Shown in pieces: positions 14,979 through 16,000 of a stretch of 16,000 nt of DNA (position 1 is its first letter; every line of letters begins with the position of its first letter). The notes beneath the pieces are model-generated. The model saw nothing but the letters and a program-made list of their open reading frames with translations, was not told the DNA's origin and searched no databases. Both the position numbers and the translations under genes were made by a program. Origin of the DNA: Thalassotalea agarivorans (GTDB taxonomy: Bacteria > Pseudomonadota > Gammaproteobacteria > Enterobacterales > Alteromonadaceae); contig NZ_AP027363.1 of the NCBI RefSeq assembly GCF_030295955.1, positions 2,689,046-2,705,045 of the forward strand, given 5' to 3'.

Positions 14979-15650
14979 TTACTTTACGTCAAAATCGTAA
15001 AACGTTGCGCGTTCGTTTGAAGGGACAGCGGTGTAAGTGAAATGCCACCATTCCATATCGTAAGCACTAAAGCCGACTGCTTCTAATGACTTTTTAAGCA
15101 AATATCGATTTGCTTTTTGCTGTTTAGTAATGCTCGGATTGTCGGTATTAGATACTAGATCAAACATATCAAATGCACTGCCCATATCCACTTCGGTGTA
15201 ACTACCATTTGGCTGTTTTTGTTCCAAGGTAAGATCAACGGTATAGCCTTTACTGTGGCCCGATCTCGGTGCAATGTAAGGCCCCACAAAAGCAGATTTA
15301 TCGAGGTTTGGATAGTAAGTTTTTTTTGTTTTAATATCTTCTAAGTCTTTCGCCCAACGCATAAAATGCGCGACCGCCTTTTCAGGGCGATAGCAATCAA
15401 AAAACTTAAACCTATCTCCTGCTTTGTTTAATGCTTCGCTCGCTTTAGATAAGGCTGCTATCGCATTTTTATGAACAAGACATTTTGCCGCTTTGTAGCC
15501 ATCAATGCGTTCGCCCACAAAATTGTTTCCACTGTAATAACGGATGTCATAATTTACATTGGTTATATGGCTTTTAATATCAACAAACTCTTGCTCTTTT
15601 GCTTGTACTTGCACCGCCACTAAAGCAAGAATTAATATCCGTTTACTCAT
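14979..15650 (-). CDS. Exported D-alanyl-D-alanine dipeptidase (VanX/DdpX/PcgL family, peptidase M15D; 223 aa)
   Basis: Family motifs appear in order: DIRYYSGNNFVG, FDCYRP, the Zn-ligand motif SGHSKGYTVDL (SxHxxGxxxD), and the catalytic/Zn motif MEWWHFTY (EWWH). The N-terminal MSKRILILALVAVQVQA looks like a Sec signal peptide. Confidence 0.88.
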   Translation of the reverse strand: MSKRILILALVAVQVQAKEQEFVDIKSHITNVNYDIRYYSGNNFVGERIDGYKAAKCLVHKNAIAALSKASEALNKAGDRFKFFDCYRPEKAVAHFMRWAKDLEDIKTKKTYYPNLDKSAFVGPYIAPRSGHSKGYTVDLTLEQKQPNGSYTEVDMGSAFDMFDLVSNTDNPSITKQQKANRYLLKKSLEAVGFSAYDMEWWHFTYTAVPSNERATFYDFDVK

Positions 15651-15682
15651 CCTTGTTCACTACCTTTTATAAGCCTTTGAAA

Positions 15683-16000
15683 CTAAATTCCAATCATGAC
15701 AATGCCCATGATTAAGTAGGCAACTAATGAAGCACCACCGGCAACCAATGCATAAGGTAGCTGGGTTCTAACATGTTCTAACAAGTCACAACCAGACGCC
15801 ACCGAGCTCACTGCCGTGGTATCAGATATTGGAGAACAGTGGTCACCGAATACACCGCCACCTAAGATCGCCGCTAGTAACAGCGGAGCCGGTAAACCAA
15901 GTTCGACAACAAGTGGCATGCCAATAGGGATCAATAAAGCGAAAGTGCCCCATGAGGTGCCCGTGGTAAATGACATAATTCCACCTGCAATAAATAACAT
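15683..16000 (-). CDS. Na+/H+ antiporter NhaC-family transporter, C-terminal 105 codons only (the 5' end lies beyond the window)
   Basis: The hydrophobic TM segments carry the NhaC-family signature SWGTFALL.PIG...GGVFGDHCSPISDTT. A TAG stop is at 15683..15685. The leading Met in the track is an artefact of the window edge. Confidence 0.8.
   Translation of the reverse strand: MLFIAGGIMSFTTGTSWGTFALLIPIGMPLVVELGLPAPLLLAAILGGGVFGDHCSPISDTTAVSSVASGCDLLEHVRTQLPYALVAGGASLVAYLIMGIVMIGI

Noticed and set aside
1-16000. Defence systems, CRISPR arrays, prophage or transposon content, tRNA/rRNA genes
   Set aside because: I saw no spaced-repeat arrays and no integrase, transposase, recombinase, nuclease, helicase or toxin-like ORFs. 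No GC-rich cloverleaf-like segments occur in the intergenic gaps. Every ORF over 100 aa is accounted for by a metabolic, regulatory or envelope protein.

Overview
This window looks like a gene-dense, visibly AT-rich chromosomal segment from a marine gammaproteobacterium (Alteromonadales/Vibrionales-like; this is inferred from protein similarity only). I found no rRNA, tRNA, CRISPR array, transposase, integrase, phage gene or recognisable defence gene. It reads as core or shell genome, not as an accessory island. Recognisable housekeeping genes are acnB (33..2621, -), argR (10874..11383, -), glutaryl-CoA dehydrogenase (11454..12629, -), an N-acetylhexosamine-kinase-like APH-family kinase (12788..13867, +), a YbaY/META lipoprotein (13905..14693, -), an exported VanX-type D-Ala-D-Ala dipeptidase (14979..15650, -) and the C-terminal part of an NhaC-type antiporter (15683..16000, -). 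Three compact operons are less ordinary. (1) Four tightly spaced lipoprotein genes at 7119..10552 (-): LPP20-like, LpoB/COG3417-like, a 431-aa lipoprotein with TPR-like repeats, and a second LPP20-like. I know of no assigned function for this combination. (2) A diguanylate cyclase with a periplasmic TPR domain, whose stop overlaps by 11 nt the start of an unrecognisable 111-aa secreted protein (2806..5008, -). (3) A cytochrome b562-like, cytochrome b561-family and secreted NodB-type polysaccharide deacetylase operon (5211..7086, +). The intergenic region at 14700..14978 also holds two copies of a 28-nt palindromic REP-like element flanking a 138-nt AT-rich spacer. None of these can be shown to be a novel system from sequence alone, and the interest scores reflect that. 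All functional calls come from my reading of the translated ORFs against remembered family motifs. No database search was run.
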